Part shown: piece by piece, positions 1 to 8,656 of the stretch
How positions within the stretch are numbered: position 1 is the stretch's first letter
How the letters are laid out: the number at the start of each line of letters is the position of its first letter
Made by a program: the position numbers and the translations under genes
Notes under the pieces: generated by a model
What the model was told of the DNA's origin: nothing
Databases searched by the model: none
What the model saw: only the letters and a program-made list of their open reading frames with translations
Source: Armatimonadota bacterium
Lineage (GTDB): Bacteria > Armatimonadota > SYMT01
Direction of reading: 5' to 3'
Assembly: GCA_041690135.1 (NCBI GenBank)
Contig: JAWLHY010000011.1
Location: 192,001-256,000, forward strand
DNA: 64,000 nucleotides

Positions 1-2
1 CC

Positions 3-485
3 GTCGGCGACCGGAATGGGCGGGTGCGGGTCACCATCGTCTCTTATCCGGCGGGGTATCCGGACTACCCGAGCTACCTGGCGGACCCGGACCGCCGGCG
101 CTTGTTCGAGGCTCTCGCCGGTAACGAACGCCGGGTAGACACCTGGTCTCTCGTGTCGGGTGAGGAGAAGCCCGAGGTGGCCTGTCCGGACTCTGCTTAT
201 CCCAATTCCGGAGGCCTCGTCATCAGCGGGGTAGTCGCCGAGACGGCGTGGATCGCGGTGCTGACGGATGGCGTGCATTCCTTCAGCCGGACCTGCTCGG
301 GAGGCGCCGCCACCGAGCGAATCCCCCTTCCGGAGGTGCTGGCGGAGCTGCTCGCTTTTCGAAGCTGGAGCGGTGTCTTCGTCCAGCGCCGGCTCCAGCG
401 GTTCTTAAAGGAGTGCGAAGCCCGGTCGTGGAGGCACGCGGATGATCTTTCCATGGGCGCCCTCGCGTTCGAGGAACGCGAATAG
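3..485 (+). CDS. PP2C-family (protein phosphatase 2C-like) protein, 5'-truncated by window edge
   Basis: Frame is open from the window start; PP2C C-terminal motifs IAVLTDGVHSF and HADDLSMG; lies directly upstream of a Ser/Thr kinase. Confidence 0.7.
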   Translation, partial: VGDRNGRVRVTIVSYPAGYPDYPSYLADPDRRRLFEALAGNERRVDTWSLVSGEEKPEVACPDSAYPNSGGLVISGVVAETAWIAVLTDGVHSFSRTCSGGAATERIPLPEVLAELLAFRSWSGVFVQRRLQRFLKECEARSWRHADDLSMGALAFEERE

Positions 486-507
486 CGGCGCGGCAGGGTA
501 CGGGGCC

Positions 508-2178
508 ATGGAGCTCTTTATCGTTGGTAAAGGCAAGCTCACGCTCGGCCAGCGAGAGTTCGTGGGGCAGGGCGGGGAAGGTGCGGTCTACGCTCGGGAC
601 GACCGGGCCTACAAGATCTACAGCGATCCGGCGAAGATGATCCCGCTCGCCAAGATCCGGGAGCTCAGCGCCCTATCGCTGCCCACCATGATCCGGCCCG
701 AGGAGGTGCTGCTCGACGCCCGCAACCGACCGGTGGGCTATGGCATGCGGCGGGTGCGGGACGCGCACGTTCTGTGCCAGGCGTTCAACCGGGCTTTCCG
801 GGACCGGCATGGGCTCACACCGGACCGGATGCTGGCCCTGGTCCGCGAACTTCAGTCCGGCGTGCAGCACGTCCACGCGCACGACTGCCTGATCGTCGAC
901 CTGAACGAAATGAACTTCCTGCTGGATGCCGCCTTCCGCGAGGTGCTGTTCATCGACGTCGATAGCTACCAGACGCCGGGGTTCCCGGCCACGGCCCTGA
1001 TGGACAGCATCCGCGACCGGCACGCCGACCGGTTCAGCCGCGAGACGGACTGGTTCTCCTTCGCCGTGATCAGTTTCCAGATGCTCGTGGGTATTCATCC
1101 CTACAAGGGAAAGCATCCGACCCTCACCACCCTCGACGCGCGGATGCTGGAAAACGTGAGCGTGTTCAACCCGCAGGTGGCGGTTCCGAAGGTCTGCTAC
1201 CCCTTCGACGTGATCCCGCAGGTCTACCGGGATTGGTACCAGGCGGTGTTCGAGCGCGGTCTCCGCCTGCCGCCCCCCACCGCTCCGCACGCGGTGATCA
1301 ACATGGCGTCGCAGGTCCGGACCGTGACCGGGGGCGACCGGCTACGCCTGTGGGAAGTGGCCCAGTTCCCCGCCGGCGTGGTCCTGCCCATCCTGCTCCT
1401 GGGGACCGATGCCGCCGTCACGACGGAGGGGGTTTACCTACGCGGGCGCCGGCACCTGCTGGGGAGCGACTTCCGGGTGGCTCTGACGCCGCGGATGGCA
1501 CACCTGATCGCCGGAAGGGTTGTGGACGGAACCCTGGAGCTGTACGACCTCTCGCAAGGCGCTCACCTCCTGGACCGGCTCCGCGCCGAGGCGCTGTCTG
1601 TCTGCGAGGGACGCTTCACCGTCAAGCAGGGGGACGGCCTGTGGGAGGTGGAGTTCCTCGAGCTGCCGGGCGGGGTCCGGGCCGCGCTCCGCCGCGTGGG
1701 CAACGCGATGGAGCAGGCAACGCACCTCTTCGACGGGGTGGCCCTCCAGAACATGCTCGGTGTTTGGTACGCCTCTCTGTTCTCGGGCCCCGGCGCCTGC
1801 CACACGGTACGTCTCCCCCAACTCGACGGCTGCCGCATCGTGGACGCGCGGTTCGAGCGCGGGGTCCTGATGGTCATCGCCGCCCAGGAAGGCCGCTACG
1901 ACCGTCACCTCTTCCGCTTCGATACGAGCTACGGAAGCTGCGACGAGCGGGTAGACCGCGATGTCTCCTATACCGGCCTGAACTTCGTGGTCCTGGACAG
2001 CGGCGTCTGCGTCCACCTCAACGAGCAGGAGGACCTGGAAGTCTTCTCCAGCCGGAAGGGGTCGTCCACCCTACAGGTCATTACGGACCCCGGCGTGGCC
2101 GGCGGTCGCCTCTTCAAGCAAGGCACTCAGGTTTTCCTGGCCCGCGATGACACCCTCTACTCTCTCGGAATGCGGTGA
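508..2178 (+). CDS. Ser/Thr protein kinase (YegI/TerY-P-associated type) with C-terminal beta-rich domain
   Basis: GQGGEGAVY Gly-loop, AYKIY, catalytic VDLNEMNFL, IDVDSYQ, TDWFSFAV; ATG at 508 follows the PP2C stop. Confidence 0.85.
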   Translation: MELFIVGKGKLTLGQREFVGQGGEGAVYARDDRAYKIYSDPAKMIPLAKIRELSALSLPTMIRPEEVLLDARNRPVGYGMRRVRDAHVLCQAFNRAFRDRHGLTPDRMLALVRELQSGVQHVHAHDCLIVDLNEMNFLLDAAFREVLFIDVDSYQTPGFPATALMDSIRDRHADRFSRETDWFSFAVISFQMLVGIHPYKGKHPTLTTLDARMLENVSVFNPQVAVPKVCYPFDVIPQVYRDWYQAVFERGLRLPPPTAPHAVINMASQVRTVTGGDRLRLWEVAQFPAGVVLPILLLGTDAAVTTEGVYLRGRRHLLGSDFRVALTPRMAHLIAGRVVDGTLELYDLSQGAHLLDRLRAEALSVCEGRFTVKQGDGLWEVEFLELPGGVRAALRRVGNAMEQATHLFDGVALQNMLGVWYASLFSGPGACHTVRLPQLDGCRIVDARFERGVLMVIAAQEGRYDRHLFRFDTSYGSCDERVDRDVSYTGLNFVVLDSGVCVHLNEQEDLEVFSSRKGSSTLQVITDPGVAGGRLFKQGTQVFLARDDTLYSLGMR

Positions 2179-2192
2179 CGGAACCGTATCAG

Positions 2193-2591
2193 TTACTCTG
2201 CATAGCAGAGAACGACGAGCCCGGGGAAATCAACACGCGCGAAATCGGGGTCATGTGTCAAAAGGGGTTTCGATAGAAGCACCGCAGTGGCGGCAATCCA
2301 GGCATCGCCGGCTTCCAGTCTGTATCCGGCCTTTCGCGAGTGCACCATTACTTCAGCCCACGCGGAAGCCAAATCGTCCGAGTAGGGGACCGTCACGCAG
2401 CGACTGATAAATGCTTCGAGATCGCTGCATCGCCGCGCACCCCATCCGGCATAAAGAGCTCCATAGCGAAGCTCAGCGACTGCCTGAAAGGGCAGGGCCG
2501 CCAGGCCGGCATAGTGGGGCTGATGGAGTGCGAGGCGCGTATCGCGGCGAATTGCGAAACTGGCTACGCTCGTATCAAGCACCGCATCCAT
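2193..2591 (-). CDS. PIN-domain (VapC-like) toxin
   Basis: VLDTSVAS, AELRYG, GDAWIAATA, LLTHDPDF; ATG at 2591 overlaps the upstream stop (TGATG). Confidence 0.88.
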   Translation of the reverse strand: MDAVLDTSVASFAIRRDTRLALHQPHYAGLAALPFQAVAELRYGALYAGWGARRCSDLEAFISRCVTVPYSDDLASAWAEVMVHSRKAGYRLEAGDAWIAATAVLLSKPLLTHDPDFARVDFPGLVVLCYAE

Positions 2592-2962
2592 CAGCGAAGC
2601 CACTCCGGATCGTCGCCTTCTGCCGCGATCTTCCTTCTGTCTTCGCGATTCCCGCGGATGATCTCGAACAGGTCTCGCTCATCCTCTTCGGGGCCACCGA
2701 TGCCCTCGGTTAGTGCCGTGAAGTCGGGGAAAGCCTTCACGTTCTGCTGGCGCGCAAGTCGTTGAAGCAAATCGTCTCCTCGGCCAGTGTCATTCGGGTT
2801 CGCACCAGCAGGGGCAGTCGACTCGATGCCGTTCTCGCTGGGCACCTCAGCCGCTCTGTTGATGAGGCGAGTTATCAGCAGCTTCTCTCCGGGTTCAAAG
2901 GCGGCTGGTTCATCCACCACCACCGCCGTACCATCGAAATGAGCCTTGATGGGCGAACTCAT
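2591..2962 (-). CDS. Putative antitoxin (DUF104/AF2212-like N-terminus)
   Basis: MSSPIKAHFDGTAVVVDEPAAFEPGEKLLI resembles DUF104 antitoxins; translationally coupled to the PIN gene. Confidence 0.65.
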   Translation of the reverse strand: MSSPIKAHFDGTAVVVDEPAAFEPGEKLLITRLINRAAEVPSENGIESTAPAGANPNDTGRGDDLLQRLARQQNVKAFPDFTALTEGIGGPEEDERDLFEIIRGNREDRRKIAAEGDDPEWLR

Positions 2963-3093
2963 CCGGCACCTCGCTTCCTCTACCGTCGGTTGCTGCGTAT
3001 ACCGCTCTCTGCGTTGCGTGACTGTTCCGTCCTTCACCCCGTCGCAAAGAGGAGACGACAGAGCGTAACACCAAGGTACCTCAGGGGAGAACC

Positions 3094-3741
3094 ATGGCGA
3101 TGAACCGGCTGCAGTTCAGCGAAGAAGAGTTGGGAGCCACGATCCAGCGGGCGCGGGAGATCGCGGAGCAGAGCCACACGCTCGCCGCCCCGTCGGGAGA
3201 CGTGGAAGCGTTCCTGAGCGCGGCCGAGGAAATGGGGATCCCCCGCGGCGCGAGCCTGCAAGCCCTGAAAGAGCGGGGCCTCATCGCCGAGCAGGCCTGG
3301 GAAGTGGGGCAGCAAGTCTTCGCGCCCTCCGCGGACGGCAACTGGTACGCCGCCACGGTGGCTTCCCTGGACTCCCACACGGCCACGGTGCGTTTTCTGG
3401 GCGGCGGTGAACGCACCTGTCCCCTCGCCGACCTCCGCCCGTTCTCGCTGGTCCCCGGCATGAGGCTCGAAGGCGACCTCAAGGACTGGGGCTGGTGGGG
3501 TATCGTCGTCGAGCGGTTCGACGAGACCAAGGGGAAGGTCCGCGTCACCCACGACGACTGGTTCGGCGGGAAGGAGACCCTACCGCTTCAGAAGCTCCGT
3601 CTCCCCGGAAAGAAGGTCAAGCCCGAAATTCAGAAGGGCACCCTCTCGGAGCGCTACCGCGCTGCCCTGATCCGCGCCTCGCTCCTGGCCGGCGGCGCCG
3701 GTTTGCTATTGGGCTTCGCTCTCAGTCAATTACTTCGCTAG
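3094..3741 (+). CDS. Membrane-anchored protein with tandem Tudor/SH3-like beta-barrels
   Basis: RBS GGGGAG; WEVGQQVFAPSADGNWYAATV..ATVRFLGG and a second unit GMRLEG...WGWWGIVVERFD..VRVTHDD; C-terminal hydrophobic helix. Confidence 0.6.
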   Translation: MAMNRLQFSEEELGATIQRAREIAEQSHTLAAPSGDVEAFLSAAEEMGIPRGASLQALKERGLIAEQAWEVGQQVFAPSADGNWYAATVASLDSHTATVRFLGGGERTCPLADLRPFSLVPGMRLEGDLKDWGWWGIVVERFDETKGKVRVTHDDWFGGKETLPLQKLRLPGKKVKPEIQKGTLSERYRAALIRASLLAGGAGLLLGFALSQLLR

Positions 3742-3744
3742 AGT

Positions 3745-4495
3745 GCCCCCGCCGGGCGCCCACGGAGGTTTACTCGCCGTGGGGGTGTGGACAGTGTGCC
3801 TTTCCAAAGCCCGACCTTTCAGGGTCGGCGCGGATCATGGGCACCCGGACCCGCCCAGGGCTGAACCCCTGGGCTCGGATACAACACGGTCCCCACCTCC
3901 GTGGGCACCTTCCCACGCTTACCGACCTCGACCAAATGCGGAAACTCACTCACGCGCACCTGTCTATCCCAGGAAACCCAACCGCCGTCCCGTGCCCCCA
4001 CCGGGCGCCTGCGTAGGTTTACGCCCGGGTACCCGCGCGCGGGTGTGGGGTGCAGGGGCCGTGCATTTGCAGAGCCTGGCCGTTCAGGGCCAGGGCGCAC
4101 CTTGCGCCACATTTCGCGCAGGGCTCAACCCCTGCGCTCCGGCACGGCGCCGTCCCCGCCTCCGCGGGCACGTCTCACGCTCTTGGGCTGCAATGCGGTC
4201 TTACTACTCACCCACGCGCACTTGCCTATCCAGGCAATTCAACCGCCGTCCTGCACCCCCACCGGGCGCCCACGAAGGTGGGCAGCGTGCCTTTCCAGAG
4301 CCCGGCCGTTCAGGGCCGGGGCGGATCACATGCACCCGGACCTGCGCAGGGTTCAACCCCTCCATACGGACGCGTGCGCTGCGCTCCGGCACGGCACGGT
4401 CCCCGCACCCCCTCGGGGCGCAAGCCTCCGCGGACACCTTCCTCCGCATCTACGCTTCGACCAAATCTGAACGGACCCCCACGCGCACCTGCCTT
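3745..4495. repeat. REP/REPIN-like array: three ~250-bp units, each an inverted pair of ~55-bp palindromic elements
   Basis: Repeated GCCCACGGAGGTGGG...AGCCCGGCCGTTCAGGGCCGGG and inverted CCCAGGGCTGAACCCCTGGGCT...CCCACCTCCGTGGGC; same family flanks the transposase at 17.3-18.6 kb. Confidence 0.85.
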
Positions 4496-4631
4496 ACTTT
4501 CCGTGTTTCTCCGCGTATTCCCATACGGGCGGGCTCGCGGGCCATCCAATCTTTCCCATCTGTGCCAACTGTGGACTCTTTCCTACGCATTCCGCGGCAT
4601 TCCGCGGCTTTCCGCGGCTTTCCGCGGGCAA

Positions 4632-5423
4632 CTACTGTCCCGCCAGGTTGGCGGGAAGCCGGAAGAGCATCACGTCCTCGCAAGGTTCGAAGCCGGCTTT
4701 CAGGGCCACCGCGACGGATGCGGCGTTGGCGGTGGCGCAACTCCAGGCGGGGGTGATGTCGCGCTCCAGGCACTGCCGGACCAGCCCCCGGGCAACCTCG
4801 GTGGCCAGGCCGCGGCCGCGGTAGTCGGCGTGCGTCTGGAGTTCGATCTCGGCCTCGCCGCCCCCAATCGCGCAGGCCGCGGCAAGGCTGACGGGACGCC
4901 CCTTGTGGACGGCCACGGCAGCGAAGCCGCGGGCGAGGAAGTGTTCCGGGCCGCCAAAGATCTCGAACAGCCAGCCGTCAAAGTCGCCCCAGCGTTCAAC
5001 GTGCCGCCGGTCGAGGGCTTCCAGGGTGATCCCCTCCGGCAGTTGGGGCGCTTCCCAGGTCTCCATCTTCTCCGGCCGGAACTCGAAGCCGGTGCGGGGA
5101 AGGCGGTCTTCCAGCAGCGGCAGCAGTGCATCCCGCCAGGCGGAGGTGGTGGCCACGAGGTTCCGCTTCCGGACCGGGTGCCGCGCGAGCGCTTCGGGCA
5201 GGAACCCGATGATCCGCTCCGAATCGGGAGCTCCGAACACGAAGAAGAAGCCGGATGAAGGGCAGACGAGCGCCGTGGCGGGCTGATCGAGGTCGTCGAC
5301 GTAGACGGCTCCCCGGTGGTGACCCTCGAGGACCGCGCGGGCCAGCGGGAGGTGGCTGCGGATCTCGCTCCGCCGCACGAGCGGCTCGATCTGGTGGAAC
5401 TGGTCGGCAGTGAGGCTGTTCAT
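4632..5423 (-). CDS. GNAT family N-acetyltransferase
   Basis: EIELQTHADYRGRGLAT acetyl-CoA motif; PAWSCATANAASVAVALKAGF. Confidence 0.88.
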   Translation of the reverse strand: MNSLTADQFHQIEPLVRRSEIRSHLPLARAVLEGHHRGAVYVDDLDQPATALVCPSSGFFFVFGAPDSERIIGFLPEALARHPVRKRNLVATTSAWRDALLPLLEDRLPRTGFEFRPEKMETWEAPQLPEGITLEALDRRHVERWGDFDGWLFEIFGGPEHFLARGFAAVAVHKGRPVSLAAACAIGGGEAEIELQTHADYRGRGLATEVARGLVRQCLERDITPAWSCATANAASVAVALKAGFEPCEDVMLFRLPANLAGQ

Positions 5424-5479
5424 AGCATAACCTTATTCGAGAAGGGTGCTCAGGCCTTCAGGCTTTCGGGCTTTCAGGC

Positions 5480-5545
5480 GGGAGGAGCGCGGACGTCTCA
5501 TCCGCCAGGGTTTCGATCACGGTCAAGGTCGCGACCGCGATCACG
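5480..5545 (-). repeat. REP-like element (GGCGGGCGAGACGCCCGC family) with hexamer tail, inverted relative to the 8180-8240 copy
   Basis: Reverse complement matches 8180-8240; further family copies near 8497, 46615 and 46858. Confidence 0.6.
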
Positions 5546-5583
5546 AGAGTGAGTTTGGGCTGGGGAAAGAGGCTGGAGGTGTC

Positions 5584-6975
5584 ATGAAACGATTCCTCGG
5601 AATCACCGTGCTGGCGGACTTTATCCAGAACGAAGGGGTGGAGGGGATCCTGCACAACCTCGTGGAGCGGGCGGGGGCGACGGCGGTGGCCACCAACCCG
5701 ACGGTGACGGCGCCGGGGGACGAGACGAACGGCTCGTGGCAGCCCCCGAAAGACGCGGGGGCCAGCGTGCGGCTGTTCGACCGGCCGCTGTGGGGGCAGC
5801 GGGAGTTGTGGGTCCGGAGCGCCCCCAGCTTCTGGCCGAACGAGCGGTACTACACGGACTCTCCTTACCGGCCGCGCCGCGCCAGCGACCTGACCGTATC
5901 CGAAGGGCCGATCGTGGGAGCGTTCGTCCAGGCGGCGCGGGCGCGTGGGCTCCAGGTCTACCTCCAGGTGGGAGCGGTCCAGCCTCCGGGGGAACTGCAT
6001 GAAGAGGATGTCCCCCGCCTCCCCTCCGGTCGGTTTCCCCGGCAGCGCATGGCCGAGACGGGCAGCCTGGCGAGCGAGGCGATCCGCGCCTACAACCGGG
6101 CCTACACGCGGGACCTGCTGGAACAGTACCCCGAGATCGACGGTCTCCGCGTGGACTGGCCCGAGTACCCTTGCTACAAGCTGGACGAGGCGTTCCAGGA
6201 CTTCGGAGACCCGGTAAAGCAGTGGGCGGAGGCGCGCGGGATCGACTTCGAAGGGATCCGGGCGGAGATCCTCCGCTTCTACGACTACCTCCACCGGGAG
6301 TTGAAGAACGAGGACCTGGAAGCCCTCGCCGCGCTGCCGCCGGGTACGCAGGCCGTGCAGCCGTTCCTGGAGCGGTACCCCGCCCTGGCGGAGTGGCTCC
6401 AACTCAAGGCCGCGCTCTCCCGCGACCTCCTCCGGGACTGGCGCGAGGCGCTCACCACGCACGGGGGAGCCGCCAAGGATCTCTCCGCCAACGCCTTCAT
6501 GCCGCCCTACAACACCTTTACCGGAATGGACTTCGCCGGGGCCGCCGAGCACTGCGACTCTATCTCGGCCAAGCTGTACACCATGCACTGGGGGCTGATG
6601 GTGAACTTCTGGGGCGGGGCGCTGCTCTGGAAGAACCGGCACCTGGACGAGTCCCTCCTGGTGCGGGCGCTAGTGAACCTGATGGACCTCTCCGACGGCC
6701 AGCCCGCCGCAAGCTTGAAGGAATACGAGTATCCCGACCCGGAGACACCGCACCCGATTCCGGACGGGCCGCAGCGACGGAAGATCGCGCAGGCCCGGGA
6801 AGCGGTCGGTGGACGGACCAAACTGTACGCGCTGGTCCACGGCTACGGCCCGCTGGACGACTTCCGGCGGCGCCTCCAACTGGCGGCGGACAGCCCCGTC
6901 GACGGCGTCTGGATCAACCGCTACGGCTACCTAAGCGACGAGAAGTTGGACGTCATCCGCGAAGTCTGGTGCTGA
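5584..6975 (+). CDS. Hypothetical protein, probable glycoside-hydrolase-like TIM barrel
   Basis: RBS GGAGG; long ORF with GC3-rich codons; YPEIDGLRVDWPEY resembles GHL10-like barrels. Confidence 0.6.
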   Translation: MKRFLGITVLADFIQNEGVEGILHNLVERAGATAVATNPTVTAPGDETNGSWQPPKDAGASVRLFDRPLWGQRELWVRSAPSFWPNERYYTDSPYRPRRASDLTVSEGPIVGAFVQAARARGLQVYLQVGAVQPPGELHEEDVPRLPSGRFPRQRMAETGSLASEAIRAYNRAYTRDLLEQYPEIDGLRVDWPEYPCYKLDEAFQDFGDPVKQWAEARGIDFEGIRAEILRFYDYLHRELKNEDLEALAALPPGTQAVQPFLERYPALAEWLQLKAALSRDLLRDWREALTTHGGAAKDLSANAFMPPYNTFTGMDFAGAAEHCDSISAKLYTMHWGLMVNFWGGALLWKNRHLDESLLVRALVNLMDLSDGQPAASLKEYEYPDPETPHPIPDGPQRRKIAQAREAVGGRTKLYALVHGYGPLDDFRRRLQLAADSPVDGVWINRYGYLSDEKLDVIREVWC

Positions 6976-7254
6976 ATGAGAGCGATTTCCGGCCTGACCC
7001 TGGGAGTGTACGGGGCGCTGGCCTGGTTCATCCTCGGCGGCCTCATCATGCAGATCCGGGGCGTCCTCGGCGAGGGGTTGGACGAAATGATGCAGTTGAT
7101 GATGACCTCGCCGCTCCCGGTGGTGATCGGGTTCATCGGCGGCTGGATGGGCGGGGAAATGGAAGAGGGGAACTATTGGAAGCCAATCTATGGCTGGACC
7201 CTCGCCCTGTTGACGGTCCTCGCCGTAATTGCCGGATTCGTGCTGCCCTGGTGA
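6976..7254 (+). CDS. Small integral membrane protein
   Basis: 92 aa, three hydrophobic segments, abuts the upstream stop. Confidence 0.7.
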   Translation: MRAISGLTLGVYGALAWFILGGLIMQIRGVLGEGLDEMMQLMMTSPLPVVIGFIGGWMGGEMEEGNYWKPIYGWTLALLTVLAVIAGFVLPW

Positions 7255-7290
7255 TTGGTGGGTCACCTGCGGTGACCCAAATGGGTAGTG

Positions 7291-8100
7291 CTACCGTCCG
7301 CCAGTGAAGTGCTCTTGATGGAACTTCAAAATCGCCGCGGCCAAGTCCCGCGCCAGCTGTTGCCGCTTCACCGAGTCGGTGCGCAGGTTCCGGCCCACCT
7401 CCACCTGGATCGCATCGATGCCGTCCGGTTGGTGTGAGCCGTAAGTCTTGATGATCGTCCCGCCCCAGTAGCTGGGCGACTCCTTGCCTTCGCCGGGCGG
7501 GTAGATGCGGTACCCGGTCCGGGCGAGCAGGCCGAAAAGGCTGTCCGGGCCGACCACCGCTTCACGCCCCGACCGCCGCACGAGAGCCTCCACCGTCCGG
7601 CCGTTCCGCGTGCCCCGGTGGATCACGTCCGGGTCCGTCTTCTGCCCGTGGAGGTCGAGCAGCAGCCCGCGCCCGAACCGCTTCCGGATCGAGGCGACTT
7701 CCTGGCGCAGTGCCCCATGATACGCTTCGTAAACCGGTTTGGCGGCCGGGCTCTCGTAGGCTTCCGCCGGCAGGCGGTTCGCATCCACGTAGCGGCGGTG
7801 GAACCGCGCCAGCACCAGCGAGGGCCGACTTTTGCCCTGGGTCTCCAGTTCCTTCAGCACACCCTCCGCCAACTCGGCAGTGAAGTCGTCCCGCAGGCGC
7901 ACTCCCTGCCGGCGCTCCGGCGCCCCCGGAACCGGTTCGCTCCCCCCGTGCGGCACGGAAAGTACCACCGGCAGCGTCCCCCGCTCCACCCGCACCAGGC
8001 TTGCCACGGTGGGTTGGGCCGCGGTGCTGCCCGCCAGGAGTGTGGACGCCAGGCCCGTCAGAATCAGTATCCCGAACCGGAACCAGCCGGAACTATCCAT
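7291..8100 (-). CDS. N-formylglutamate amidohydrolase family protein, secreted
   Basis: Signal peptide; SVPHGG, RRYVDANR, YEAYHGAL, LLDLHG, AIQVEV. Confidence 0.85.
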   Translation of the reverse strand: MDSSGWFRFGILILTGLASTLLAGSTAAQPTVASLVRVERGTLPVVLSVPHGGSEPVPGAPERRQGVRLRDDFTAELAEGVLKELETQGKSRPSLVLARFHRRYVDANRLPAEAYESPAAKPVYEAYHGALRQEVASIRKRFGRGLLLDLHGQKTDPDVIHRGTRNGRTVEALVRRSGREAVVGPDSLFGLLARTGYRIYPPGEGKESPSYWGGTIIKTYGSHQPDGIDAIQVEVGRNLRTDSVKRQQLARDLAAAILKFHQEHFTGGR

Positions 8101-8179
8101 GAACTCGATCCCCCGGTTGCGTTTCGGCCCGCGGGTGCGGGTCCCCTCCTCGCATCACCTGTTCCACGCACCTTCGCAG

Positions 8180-8240
8180 TCGTGATCGTGATCGTGATCG
8201 TGATCGAACCCCTGGCGGGCGAGACGCCCGCCCCACTTCC
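8180..8240 (+). repeat. (TCGTGA)n hexamer run plus REP-like GGCGGGCGAGACGCCCGCC palindrome
   Basis: Seen directly; a second palindrome copy lies at ~8497-8522. Confidence 0.7.
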
Positions 8241-8656
8241 GCCGCCTCTTCGCGATCCTCATCACGATCCAACTACCAGTATGCATTCCGGGTGCGAAGG
8301 CAAGATCCTGGTCGGGGACTGCGACCGCGACCCTACCTCCACCATTGCGGCTACCGAAGCGCATTTCGGGAACCGGGGCACCATCCTGGTCTGGGACGGT
8401 GTCCGCTCCGCCGGGTGTACAATGCCGAGCTCACCGGGCCCCATCACAGGTCCTTCCCCTTCGCCCTATTCGTTCAATTTGCGGATCACCCGATTACTGG
8501 CGGGCGAGACGCCCGCGCTCCTACCCTCCACAAAATCCCCCGCACCCTTTACCGTCACGTTCTCGTTGTCTATGATTAGAATGGCTTGTGAAAAATGGTG
8601 CAAGAGGCGAGCAGGCAGGAGCACGCCGCCGTGGAAGCACCGGAAGGGAGACCGTG

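Noticed and set aside
3745-4495. Possible CRISPR array
   Set aside because: Units are ~250 bp, degenerate, with inverted elements and homologous spacers; no cas genes
3743-5258. Long ORFs over the REP array (3743-4756, 4050-5258)
   Set aside because: Pro/Arg-rich translations of repeat DNA or antisense to the GNAT gene; no motifs
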